Source of the DNA: Haliotis rufescens
Lineage: Eukaryota
Direction: 5' to 3'
NCBI RefSeq assembly: GCF_023055435.1
Contig: NW_025963835.1
Location: forward strand, 33,480,001 to 33,544,000
DNA length: 64,000 bases
How positions within the stretch are numbered: position 1 is the first letter of the stretch; each line of letters opens with the position of its first letter. Both the position numbers and the translations under genes were made by a program. This document shows, piece after piece, positions 38,001 to 50,152 of the stretch. The notes beneath the pieces are model-generated. The model had not been told where the DNA came from. It made no database searches and saw only the letters and a list, made by a program, of their open reading frames with translations.

Positions 38001-40187
38001 GTGGGTAGACAACTGAACGGTATGAACATGTATAGGTGGGTAGACAATGGTAGGAACATGTAGGTGTGGGTAGACAATGGTAGGAACATGTAGGTGTGGG
38101 TAGACAATGGTAGGAACATGTAGGTGTGGGTAGAAAATGGTAGGAACATGTACGTGTGGGTAGACAATGGTAGGAACATGTAGGTGTGGGTAGACTACTG
38201 AACGGTATGAACATGTAGGTGTGGGTAGACAACGGTATGAACATGTACGTGTGGATAGACTACTGAACGGTATGAACATGTGTGGGTATACCTACTTTCC
38301 ACCCGTATTAAGATGTACGTCTCTCTTCCATTTACCAGCTCATTTGCATATTCTTCGTTACTTCCGGCGAGATTCTTCACCTGGCCATCTTGGTCAATGA
38401 GGTCAATGGTAACTGAAACGGAGACAGGTGCGTGTTGACAACAGACGGAGCATGGAGATGTTCCTATAGATTCAAGCTGTGGGCATATTCGTTCATATTA
38501 CAGGAGCACATGTGGTTAGAGGTCAACTACACCCCTCCTCCACCCTCACCCCCAGGATAATTTAACACAAGTATCATCGTCAATGTCATCAAAATATTAC
38601 ACTTTTAAGTTGACTCTTTCAAACCAGGAAGGTCTCAGTTAATTCAAATTCATAGATTCTGAAAATGCAATAGTTTCTTTGTGAAACTAAACAATGCCAC
38701 TTACTGTCGTGAGAGCAGTTGCACTTTCTCCGGATCCACTCAAGGAGGGTGTGGGTCGTGCACCAGGGGTTGAACAGCGCCTGCTGGTCATCTGAAACGT
38801 GAACCCACGGGGTAGTTCATGATTCTAATCATTCAATACTAAGTCAATTTGTATTGCGCGAGAAACACCTCGGCCAAGACATGCTCACGGCGCAACAAAG
38901 TAAAAGTCACCAGTAAAAACCACACATGGTTAAACGTGATTTACACATAAAATACTGATTAATACCTAAAATGTAGGATCCCTTGTATAAGTGTCCATTT
39001 TACACATTTGATTCTGTATATCGGCTTTGCACGAGTAAACCTATTACGTAAAGAACACGGTGGTTCTGACGTGTAAGGTGCTGCAGCATGCAGAGTTGTG
39101 TCCCTTAGGTCCGCCAGGAACCAGATATCGTGGGTTCGAATCCTATATTTGCCCTGATTATGTTTCTGGGTTTGTCAGCACCACACCAGTGCCCGTGGGT
39201 TTTACTAAAGTGGTACAGGGCTGCCTTCCCCGACACCAAGCTGACACGCCGTGATGCAGCTGGAACAGTGTTTCAAGCGGCGTTAAACACAACTCACTCA
39301 CTCACTCACTATTGATCTGATCGAAATCCGCGTGTAATCAAATGGCGATGGTTATCAGAAGAATCGCAAACTGGCCATGTATATACATGACCCCCGCTGA
39401 CCCCAAACTCAGCTGCATGCTGCCCCCTCACCCCAGACAAAACTATCTACCGGCAACAATCACACTCCTGGTCGCCATTGACAGAAGAGCACCGGGTGTT
39501 AGGACGCAGACAGAGCCGTTGTCAAAAGGAGGCTTTGATCCAGACATGTCGCGTGCTGGCATGTCAGACTGACAGATCGGAGGCGGAATGCGCGTTAGAA
39601 TATCAACCCAAGCAGCTAGGTGGCTGTATAATAAAGCCAGTTCCCAAGGAGTCGAAACACGCGATGGTGGTTCAAAATCGGTCGGCCTCGGGGTACATTT
39701 GTCAGATGAATGGATGGCATTGGGAGCCAGAGAGCGTGACACTACCAGTTAACGAGGCGGTGTCATGTAAAGAGTATCAACAGTATTTAGTTCCGATTGC
39801 ACATAGTTACCGAATACAAGACATTTTGCTCAGAGGCACGAAGTGCATGCTGCGGTATGTTATATCGGGCGTCTCAGAAGGAATACACATGTGTTGCTAT
39901 GTCTTTATCATTGCAATCATGTGGGGTCTCCCAATAGTTAATGCGTACCCGGGAGGGTGAGAAGGAGATAGCTTGACTTGTATGATCCCCAGGGAGCTTA
40001 GAATGAAAATAGAGTACCAAATAATCCACTGACCGTCTTAATAATGTAAAGCGCCTCTGAGCAACCTAGCAGGAACTCGGAGTATTAGTATAGTATTAGT
40101 ATAATGTACAGATATAAAATAAATAAAAATGCAGCAATTAGGGTTTGGGTGAACAGGCTAGTTAGGCTATTATTATTAGTAGTAGTA

Positions 40188-40239
<52 letters not shown>

Positions 40240-43200
40240 TGGTGCTGACAAACCTAGATACGTTGCAACCGGGATTCGAACCCTAAACCCATCTGCAAAC
40301 TTCAAATTTATATTGAGAAGTTGTTTATTCACTTTTAGCAGTGTAGATGGCGTTAACTGGAATGCATAGCATGTTAAGGAACCAAACCTTCACGTGCGGA
40401 CGACGCTAACTGGAGTGCGTTAATGGTTGAATTTAAAGCGTAATTTGTTTTGACCATAAACATTATTCAATTAACTTCTGACATAAATATGTTTTTCATT
40501 ACCATCATGGAATCACAAAGACTTAATCTATGATCTGTGGACGTAAACACGCACCTGCTGGGGAGATTATCTCCAGATTATAGGATAATCCGCAATAATT
40601 GAAAATACACGCTTGCCTTCGCCATTATGCATTGTTATGTGCCTAGATTAACGTGCGTTGTTCAGGTATGTAAATGAAGTATTGACAGCGGGCGTGGCGT
40701 ATGTATGACCATGTTGATGGGATTCTAGGACACACAGCCCAGTGCCTTATCGCAGACAAACAATGGCGTGTCCGCAAAACAATTCCTTGTTTCAATAACA
40801 TGTTGGGAATATATCAAATATAAACTTTGAGTTATCAATGATTTATATTTGGCCTGAGAAGATGACTAAATAACATCAGTTGTTTACTTTTTAGCTAAAA
40901 TGATATTTTGTTGACATTGCGTGTTGTGAAACCTTGGACGTGGATTAGGGTCATGCTCGGTTTGAAATACACCACTCGCTTCATACACCCCTCGCTTCAA
41001 ACACCCCTCGCTTCATACACCCCTCGCTTCATACACATTTCTAAAAGGGTGGAGGCTAGTGATACTAGCGTCCTGAATACGTTGAGACCAATGTTTGGTG
41101 GAATAACACACGCACGCACGCACGCATACACACACACACGCACACGCACACGCACACAGAGAGGCACAAGCACGCACGCACGCACACACACGCACACACA
41201 CAGAGGCACACGCATGTCATCGATCCCAACTGCCCGGATCGATGCTCATGGTGGCAATCACTGGATTGTCTGCTCCAGACTCGATTATTTCAAGACCGCC
41301 GTCATTTAGCTGGAATATTGCTGAGTGTGGCGTTAAACAACAGACAAACAATCACCAGGGAGACAATGTATGGAGTCTTTTTATGGTGTCCCCCGCTGTG
41401 ATATTGCTGGAATAGGTTTTTGGGTCAAGAAAGTCTGGATCCAAGGGGTGGAAAAGTTGACATCGACGCCATCAAGGACTTGATAGTTTCTCGCTAAACT
41501 CCTAGATGGTGGTTTCCCTGCGTCTGGAACGTTATTCAGACCAAAAATTCTCTTCTGCGCAATCAGTGAAATATTGAATAATTGAACACAGAAAGCTAGT
41601 GGAAGGTTCTAGTCGGTGTGAGCGTTCAATAAGAGCACATTACTTTTACATTGAACCATTCTTTTATCTCTGTGTTCAGTGGAGGCCCGTGAACGACAGG
41701 CAATCAGACAAGTAGATGGATGGATGCAGTTACGTGAACCGGTTCCTCCCTCTTCGCCATCACGGAAACGATTGTGGAGCCATTCCGCCTACACGTCTTT
41801 GAAACCCGTTTCAAATATTTATAAGGACTGTGAAACTTTAGACTACCGGCGTGAGAGAGGCTGAAAGAACCTCCCTGACAACCCCGTGTAGGATTAGTTT
41901 CTTTGTTTTAAATGCAGGTGCAGGTACAGGTGCGTCTTATCTTACGACGAAGGCGCTGGCCGTATGGTTACCTGCCCCAGCGTCAGGAACGCGGTCCGGG
42001 ATCGATTCCCCACTAGAGCAATACGGGTGTCCCATCACGCGATATTGCCGCTTAAACAGATGATACAACTTAAGAAAGCAAGGAAATAAATTTTCTGTTT
42101 TGGGCGATGCAACGGCAACTACCGATGTCATTCAAAATGGACCACTCGTGTCCTTCCGGGTTACGTAAAAGTGCGATTGATGGCGAATGTTGAGGACCAA
42201 ATGTGCCCATTCGTCATCACTCGCCCCTTTCCGTAACATGCTGTTCGGCTTTCCCGGAATAACACGAGTTGGTCAATAATGCAAATATGCCATTTCATTC
42301 GTAAATATTTCCGGGACAAACCGGTTACGGAATAGGACGAGTTATGGTAATATTTATTACCAACGCGTATCATTTGGTTCTTGTGGGTTACGGAAAGGTT
42401 GAATGGAATGTCAGCGTCTTGTGTAGTTACGGAAAGGTGCGAGCCGTGACGAGTATCGGCTTCTTATAGGTTACGTTTGTATTTGTTTGTTTGTTTGTTG
42501 TTTAACGCCGCAACTCAGCCATATTCCAGCTATATGACGCCGGTCTGTTAATAATCAAATCTGGACCAGACCACCCGATCCCGTCGCCTCATACGACAAA
42601 CATGGGTTGCTGAAGACCAATTCTAACCCAGGAAAGAGTGAGTGAGTAAGGTTTTACGCCGCTTTTAGCAATATTCAAGCAATATCACGGCGGGGGACAC
42701 CAGAAATGGGCTTCATCGAATCGAACCCGGGTCTTTGGCGTGACGAGCGAACGCTTTAACCACTAGGCTACCCGCCCGCCCATCCAGGAAAGAATGGACC
42801 AGCTCGTACCAACCTGTAGGTTACGGAAAGGTCCGAGCGGTGACGACGAATGCCTTCACCCTTTTTATTCAATAGAAATTGTATCAGAAATGTATCTTGC
42901 CATTTATATAAATAGGATTTCAGCCACTGTGTTTACCATGGTAATAATATATACCAGCTATAAATATTAGATCAACTTATATATAACTATCGGAATAAAT
43001 AGACATGTACAGGCGACAAGTTGCGAGCAAGACTGATGTATAGCTAATACTGTGTAATACATGTGTGTTATTGATTTTATACAGAATACGAACAGTATCC
43101 TTCTTATTTTTTATGTATATATGTGTTTTATTGTGTCTCATAAGCTTTACGGCTGGGCGTTACCTGTAAATTATATGTCCATTTTTCTATGTACACAAGA

Positions 43201-44585
43201 CCGCGGTAAAGTGGTAGAGCGTCCGCCCGGAGAGCGGAAGGTCCGGAGTTCGATCCACGCCCGCGCCATACCAAAATACGTTAAAAGGTGGTACTTGTTG
43301 TTACCCTGTCTGGCGCTCGGCATTAAGGGGCTGAAACAAGGACTGGTCGGCTCGGAGTCAGTATACTGTGTCTGAGTGGGGTATTCATGTTAAACTGCGG
43401 TATGGTATTTCAATGGGCTAGCACTATAAGAAGAAGAAGAAGAAGAAGAAAAATAGTTTATTTAAGTGTCCAGCGGTGTATACATAAAATTACTTCAATT
43501 TATACAAGAGGTAAAATATATTAAAAGATATACATCGCCCGGCCAGCGTGGGCCTATTAGACACTAATGTTCTTAAAAGCACCGCAAGTGCTAAAATAGT
43601 TATGTTGGACAGTGGTTTATTTGTTAATGGTGCACAAAATACGAGATAAAAGTATAATGCTCGTACATTTATGACAAGCATTGCCATACAATGACATGTT
43701 TTATCAAATATAAAATATACAGAGGCATACAATACTGGAATGGGTTTATGACACGTTGTTATATAACCTACGTTTGTACATGGATTTAATTAGTGCAGCT
43801 ACAGAATAGGATAAATTATCGCACTTCATAAGGAATGTGGTTTGATCTATAGGGGTCATGAGACAAAAATTTGGGCAAAGAGACGAGGCATAACCCCAGA
43901 CATATTCTCGTTGATCTGCATAAAGAAAACACGTTGTTAAGAAATGAACCTCGTCTTCGATACTGTTTGTATTACAGTGTTTACAAATACGATTATGTAA
44001 GGGAATTTTTGGTTTCAAGAAACGACCGAGTTCAATTTCCAGAGGGAGGGTACCACATCTAAATTTAGCAAATATACTACGGTGTTCTCTGTTGGCTAAA
44101 TCAATGACATATTTGGAGGTACTTAAAGACGTTTTAAACAAACGATATGTTCTTAACTTAATACCATTTGTTAATCCTCTGTCATCCCAGAGCTGTTCCA
44201 ACCATAATTCCTTATCCTTATTGATGAGTATATTTCTAGCAAGGTCGAAGTCACAAGATAATAGGTTAGTTATAACAGAAGTAATTGATTTCACATCGAA
44301 TAATTTCTTAACTGAATTATCCCATGACTTACGAAATTTAGATGACCATCTTTGCACTATATGCATTAGCCTGTTTTCATCTGCCAAACTCAGCCTTTTC
44401 CAGAAACGTACTATCTCAATTTTTTGCTTTGTATAGTTAGATGACCAGCCCATTTCCCCCCTTACTGCCAAATTAGGTGTTTTGTTGCCTACTCCCAAGA
44501 AAAGTCGGCATCAGTCCGGACGAGTACACACACACACACTCGTGCATGCATATAGCTTCATAAGTGCAATAATCTTTGGCGCGCC

Positions 44586-44625
<40 letters not shown>

Positions 44626-45417
44626 GTTATGTAACGTGTTACACATGAACAAATTATTCCTCTCTTCTCTCTATATTCATTGTCAACATTTTTCGCTGAA
44701 CAAACAAACTACACAAACGTGATATTATAAGGTATGTGTTTGTTTTCGAACCCCGTGACTACCATTTCCAACTCCAGGTGGCTGTCAAGACGCGGATCAG
44801 ACTAAGCCAGTTTGACGGCGTGGCTGCCAGTCCTTGTTTAATCAAATGCCTGTATCCGGTGCTTGCACATGTATCGATACACAACGACCAGGGTTGCATG
44901 CTGTTTTGTCTAAAATCAATAAAATCCAGTCCCACCCTGTGATCCAGCCATGTTCGATCATATCATAAAAACAATCGATTGTATGGTTACATATTACGGG
45001 ACCGGGCGTGTTCGATCGGAAAACTTCAACCACGGTTGAGTACGTGTTTGAACAATGGGGATTAATCTGTGCTTCGCCATGCGAACTGGCGTCGAATGGG
45101 TGTTATTAAGATCAGTGGGTCAAACGTCGACTAAATAACAGTTGATTATCCCCCATTCATAAGGTAATTGTTTAGTGGTCGTTTGTCTAGATGGTTGTCA
45201 TGACAACAAGAAGTATCATGGATGTCATCAAATGATACTTTTACCAACAAAGGGCAGAATAAATCTATTAATTTATTAAACATCTCCGTCATGTGGGCAA
45301 TGTCACAACCATCTTTAATAATAAAGCCCATTTTAAATGATTGTATATAGTTTTCAAAAAGTACACGTTCAAAACACTACCAAGTTAAACAACCTATCGT
45401 CCAATAGTCGATGGGTG

Positions 45418-45467
<50 letters not shown>

Positions 45468-45843
45468 AACTAACCCTGCTTCTGTCTTCAGTTTCAGAAG
45501 CAGGGTTCCACATACGCCGTAACAGTTATAGAAACGACAGTGCACGTGCAGTGAGTGCGCCCAGTCACTCCGCTGTTGCTGACGATGCTACATCACGTAT
45601 GTTACAGTTTGTAAATATGAATCTTGTTTAAGCATTTTTAAAAAATATTATCATATTCCAGTTACCATGGAGACAGCGTTGGGTTGTATGTTAAGACACG
45701 TTCATTGTGTAATACGACACAACTACCATAACAATATCACAGATTCAACAACACCCGGTCAGTGACAGTGCCCAACCGTATAACTGCTGAAGGCGCTTTT
45801 ACTCACCTCCGTACTTAACAATGATAAAGGACTGATCGGCCAT
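31860..45843 (-). CDS. C22orf15: C22orf15/CXorf65-family uncharacterised protein, complete, 5 exons, 154 aa
   Basis: complement(join(31860..32008,32621..32695,38296..38412,38705..38791,45807..45843)) = 465 nt; all four introns phase 1, GT-AG. Protein MADQSFIIVKYGDDQQALFNPWCTTHTLLEWIRRKCNCSHDITIDLIDQDGQVKNLAGSNEEYANELVNGRETYILIRVEKAGENGQNRYVSMLNNLEHVNPDLMVKLNNLSRPATRNRKDRFKK...SKLGK*. Resembles recalled C22orf15 (YVLVRI...RYESLLENL...PEL) and CXorf65 (FI.IKHGDNQQ.L.N..C; TIDL). Exact orthology is not established. Confidence 0.85.
32308..32525. repeat. 19-bp minisatellite (CTTGACTTGCTATTTACAG)
   Basis: Visible tandem array. Confidence 0.9.
32621..32695 (-). CDS. C22orf15: C22orf15-like exon 4 (AGENGQNRYVSMLNNLEHVNPDLM)
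   Basis: ttccag| acceptor, |gtgagt donor. Confidence 0.87.
33125..33299 (-). mobile_element. SINE family A copy
   Basis: Near-consensus copy flanked by TSD CTCAGGAAACAGA. Confidence 0.9.
33363..33625 (-). mobile_element. Short retroposon family C (about 240-260 bp, non-tRNA structured head, (AAAC)n tail), representative copy
   Basis: Dispersed copies: + about 26937-27105 plus 27346-27403, 32062-32272, 41215-41350, 3995-4082; - about 30680-30850, 42483-42633, 47821-48036, 49010-49200, 22770-22860. Shares the 3' tail GCTGGAATATTGCT..GCGGCGTTAAAC with families A and D. Confidence 0.85.
34012..35897. repeat. 32-bp minisatellite, about 59 copies (CACAATATAAATAGTCAGTGTATATCACGCTA)
   Basis: Visible tandem array. 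Confidence 0.97.
36728..37395. repeat. 39-bp minisatellite, about 17 copies (ATTAAGATGTATGTCTAGGTAGACCTACCTTCCACCCGT)
   Basis: Visible tandem array; unit matches the exon 3/donor junction at 38286-38320. Confidence 0.95.
37400..38288. repeat. 35-bp minisatellite (GTGTGGGTAGACAACTGAACGGTATGAACATGTAT) with 30-bp variants
   Basis: Visible tandem array; explains ORFs 37338-38279. Confidence 0.95.
38296..38412 (-). CDS. C22orf15: C22orf15-like exon 3 (TIDLIDQDG...YILIRVE)
   Basis: tttcag| acceptor, |gtaggt donor. Confidence 0.88.
38705..38791 (-). CDS. C22orf15: C22orf15-like exon 2 (DDQQALFNPWC...CSHD)
   Basis: tttcag| acceptor, |gtaagt donor. Confidence 0.88.
43429..44499 (-). mobile_element. 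5'-truncated non-LTR retrotransposon (LINE) 3' end, inserted inside a SINE
   Basis: 250-aa ORF 43746-44498 with the post-RT C-terminal motif RSIFAKFRCG..PLEIELGRF...RICKHC...EDEVHFLTTC; 3' UTR, AATAAA and (TTC)n tail at about 43429-43463; host SINE resumes at about 44501. Confidence 0.88.
45194..45207. promoter_or_regulatory. RFX X-box palindrome GTTGTCATGACAAC in intron 1 of the C22orf15-like gene
   Basis: Perfect 14-bp palindrome fitting the X-box consensus. Confidence 0.45.
45661..45674. promoter_or_regulatory. RFX X-box (GTCTCCATGGTAAC on - strand) in intron 1 of the C22orf15-like gene
   Basis: Fits GTNNYY-AT-RRNAAC; about 130 nt from the first coding exon. Confidence 0.55.
45807..45843 (-). 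CDS. C22orf15: C22orf15-like coding exon 1 (MADQSFIIVKYG)
   Basis: caagcATGG start context, G|gtgagt donor. Confidence 0.85.
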
Positions 45844-47228
45844 GCTTGTACAATAGTCCCACTGTAAACAAGTAAACATCCACAAGTTCCGCTTCGACCT
45901 GTCCTTCACTTCCTACCGTCCTGCAACACAAGTGAGTACCACACTCAATGTCGAGCTGTTGTGCGTCGTGCCCTCTCCATGTACACCAAAGCAGGTACTC
46001 TCTTCAACCAGAGGCGAGTCCCGCCTGTACACTGTGCCGGACTTTTGATTTTGATCAATAATCTATAAGCAGCGTTCTTTCTGCTAATACCCCGAGTACG
46101 TCAGATAGGCTTCTGACATAGAGTAGAGTGCTGGCTTGAGTACTCTAATGCCGTGTCATATCATGTGTAGAACGTGTTTGAATAGGAACAATAACACACA
46201 GGTATTACCCCCGAACAAGTCAACCGAGGCTCTCCACCCGGGGCAGGTCTGGACCGGCCAGTTGGGACTTGAGCTTATGGCCAAGCCGAAAAGTTACATC
46301 TGATGATCTGATGTACAGATTAATTAATATTTCATACTTGTAATATGAAAATGAAGCTTCTTTTATTGGTTATTCTGTGGTATCATATTTATTTATGATA
46401 CCGGAACAGTAATAATTCTTTGAAAACTCAAATGTGATTTTCAGAAAGCATGTAAATGCCTTAATGGGGCAAATGTGTGAAGCCCATTTCTGGTGTCCCC
46501 CCGCCGTGATATTGCTGGACGATTTCTAACAGCGGCGTAAATCCATACTCACTCACTCACCCATGGGGCAATGGGTACAGTTCATTGGTATGTGAGACTA
46601 ATCAGGGAGGTGAGGTGAGGTGAAATAAGGTTTAACGTCGCGTCCAAGGTTATTGTTTGTGTAGGGTTACTTGTACTAGTTGGGGCTAATGCAGGTGCTA
46701 GCCAACTGAGATACCATGCCTCAGTTTAACATGAATACCCCACTCAGACACAGTATACTGACCCCGAGCCGACCAGTCCTTGTTTAAGCCCCTTAATGCC
46801 GAGCGCCAGACAGGGTAACAACAAGTACCACCCTTTAACGTCTTTTGGTATGACGCGGCCGTGGATCGAATCCTGGACCTTCCGCTCTCCGGAAGACTTC
46901 TTCATAGACTTCTTTCATTTGGCACCACTGTTAGTGTGTTCGCTGGTGATAGTTGGAGTACTGAGTTCGATTCCAACATTTACACAACATGTCTATCAGG
47001 CTCTTATTAATGATGCCGTTAGATTGCCAATGGTCGAAGTTCATGCAGAGTTGCACCCCTTAGCCTCGAAAGGATGCGCTAGTTGTTGGTTTGAATCCGC
47101 CCGATCAAGATTCTTGGTCTGTCGTCGACATACCCGTGGGTTTTATTAAAATTGTAGAGCTCTTCGACCAGCGTCGCTGTAGGGTTTGTCCGCGCGGTGT
47201 TAGACTCACTTAATTCTACTGGGGTGAC

Positions 47229-47500
47229 GGGGCGGCGGGCGCAGTCGTCTAAGGCGCCGCAATTAGCTGTGCAGAGTTGCATCCCTTGGGCACACCAGGA
47301 ACATGATCGTGGGTTCGAATCCCGGTTCGCCCCGATTATACTTATATGTTTGTCAGCACCATACCCGTGCTCGTGGGTTTCACCGAAGTGGTAAACGTCT
47401 GAGACCTGCATCACTTCGGCTTTCTTCCCACATTAAGCTGACACGCCGCGATATAACTGGAATATTGTTCAAAGCGGCGTTAAACTCGCTCGCTCACTCT
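47229..47500 (+). mobile_element. SINE family D copy with intact acceptor-stem pairing
   Basis: GGGGCG...CGCCCC closes a head of about 105 nt; body matches the 14493 copy. Confidence 0.85.
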
Positions 47501-50152
47501 ACTCGCATCCGGTACACCAGCATGTCCGCTCCCCGGTGGACACCCTCACTAATCACCACTCTTCTCGTTCATGTTCAAGTTGCTGTGCGGATCTGTTTAC
47601 AGACTCCTGGCTACGTTATTACAGCCATTCTTATTAAAGCTATAAAGGAAGGCGAGCCGTTAATGAGGTGTATGGAGCCTATAAAGTATAGGCATGCTAT
47701 AACAATACGCCATGTATACTACTCAAAATAAATAAAGGACACGCGATTTTTATCATATGACTAAATGGCCATGACAGATTAACTTATAGTGCAAGTATCA
47801 TTAAACATATTAATAGATATGTTTGTTTGTTGTTTAACGCCGCTCACAGCAATATTCCAGCTATATGACGGCGGTCTGTAACTAATCGAGTCTGGACCAG
47901 ACAATCCAGTGATTGACATCATGAGCATTGGGATCGATGACATGCATCAACCAAGTCAGCGAGCCTGACCTCCCGATCCCGTTAGTCGCTTCTTACGACA
48001 AGCACGGGTTGCTGAAGACCGATTCTACCCCGGATGTAGCCAGTATGATGTACACTGTGATGGCCGATAAGAAAAGTGTGAAAACGTAAACATAGCGCTG
48101 CTGCGTTTAATTAAAGTACGTCTTTTGAGGTCTGTACATGTCACAACCCAAACGAACCGCCGCCATATAGCTGAAATATCGCTGAGGGTGGTGTTAAATA
48201 AAAAACAAAAAAAAACAACCCAAAAGAATCTTAAAAGCGCTAACGAGGAGGCGTGGCTTAATTAGCATAGTTGACTAGGCCTGCAAGCTGATTGGGTATT
48301 GCCACCAGCCAGGTATACAGAATATACGCGATCGTTTCATTGGATATGGCGAGACCTGTGTTGTATTTATAATACTGTTGTGGATTCCATATATGGGAAG
48401 TATATGACTAGTGGACTCGTGTCAAGTGGCCTTGGTTTAACGTGAAAAATATAATTTTAACATCGAGTGATATTTTCCTTTTCAATTTTAGGGGCGCGGG
48501 TCCATCCCCCCTCAATCCGTGCCGTTCTGAAGATAGATATCGATTGATCTTTGTAGGCAATTAGTGATAACTAATCAGAACAGAACTGTCACCTACAGTC
48601 ACACATCTCACAACAACATGTACCTGCAGTAGATTACTGCATAGTGTTTGCCAGCAGTCAGTCCGGGTACTATAAACCACTCAGCCATGTGTATAGTGTA
48701 ATGTAACATGTTAGCAAGTGACACGGATTCACAGAGTCTATGACAAGTCGCTTCATCTTTATAGTGCTATTGCAAGACAACAACGGGTTATTGTCATTTG
48801 GAGAAAATATACTAAACAAACGAACCAAGCTGTGTTTTGCAAGTGATACCCACGCGTCCAAGATGGGGATCATCCTGATTATTTTCGTCACTATTGTCGG
48901 TCACAGCTAGATGTTACTTATCCTTCTTCGGAAAAAAAAACCCATTCCATGATAACTCGAAAACTATTGTCACTGTCAGAGTCGGACATAGAGGCAAATT
49001 GTGAGTGAGTGAGTGAGTATGGTTTTACGCCGCTCTTAGCAATATTCCAGCTATATGACGGCCGTCTGTAAATAATTCAGTCTCGACAAGACAATCCAGT
49101 GATTGATATCATGAGCATCGAGCCTGAACGACAAGCATAGTCACCTTTTAAGGCAAGCATGGGTTGCTGAAGACCTATTCTATCCCTGATTTTCGCGTGT
49201 CGACTGAACTTGTGAATAACGTTTAGATCTAACTAAGTTACTTCAGAGATGATGTCATTGCATTGAACATGATGTTGAAAGAATTAAATTTTCATAGGTT
49301 TTTTGGGGGGTGAAAGTTGGGACTGATATATTGGGGGGGGGGGGGGGGGGGGCTTGCAATTTTTAGAGCTGCCAGTCCACCAGGATTGGCAGTTTCAAAA
49401 TCCAACGGGAACTCTGGTAAAACACAGTTCTGTTGAAGTTGATGGGACTTACGTCAAAATACTTCGAATTATCCGAGGTTCGACACAACCGATAATGATG
49501 AATAAAGAAGGAATTCTCAGTCTGCCACATCAATGTTCAACACAACAGTGTTTGACTGTATCCTTGAATACAGACCTACATCTGCCTTGTTTGTAAACAA
49601 ACTTGGCTGATCATTCACACACGTCATTCACAAGCTAGTATATTTAATCATGTTGATCATAATTAGAAATTATTTTTTTAAAATAAGAAAAAAAACGCTG
49701 GCAAATAATTCTATTTTTAAATCCACACTTTATGAACACCATGAAGAGAATATAACATTCTCTGACAGATGCAACACAGCCCCTTTAACATGACTGACAG
49801 GTTTTGGGAGCATGATAAAAAAAAAAATTCCTTAAGTTAATTCCTAATATAACTTTTGAGACATGCCCCCTTAAAAATTATAAAAGGTGACTAACAATAA
49901 TTTGAGATTTTTTGGTCTGGTGAATTCTACTTCACAATCATCAAAAAGCAGAGATTTGGGGTTTGTCAGGTTGGCTTGCATTTTCACTCAACTCTTGTAT
50001 ACCCACAATGGAGATTGCAGTAATATTTGGAGCAAAAGTATGATGACTAAAGTTGTTCATGTTATATATTGACTTCAACTGTAAATCCCGGAAATGTTGA
50101 CTTTGAACTGCTCCCTACATATGTCAAAAGTGATGTTATGTGCAATACTTAC

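Noticed and set aside
37338-38279. Long repetitive ORFs (also 183-1230, 19474-19894, 20924-21508, 23825-24467, 57824-58235, 62315-62686)
   Set aside because: Translations of tandem repeats, open in several frames or on both strands, with no splice or homology support.
42208-42853. Inverted and direct repeats of GTTACGGAAAGG...GTGACGA
   Set aside because: Probably a decayed MITE interrupted by SINEs; ends and TSD could not be defined, so it is not annotated.
47229-47333. tRNA-Leu-like gene; likewise tRNA-Asp-like heads of family A
   Set aside because: Continuous with SINE bodies and tails, often TSD-flanked, and the anticodon arm is disrupted; these are SINE heads, not tRNA genes.
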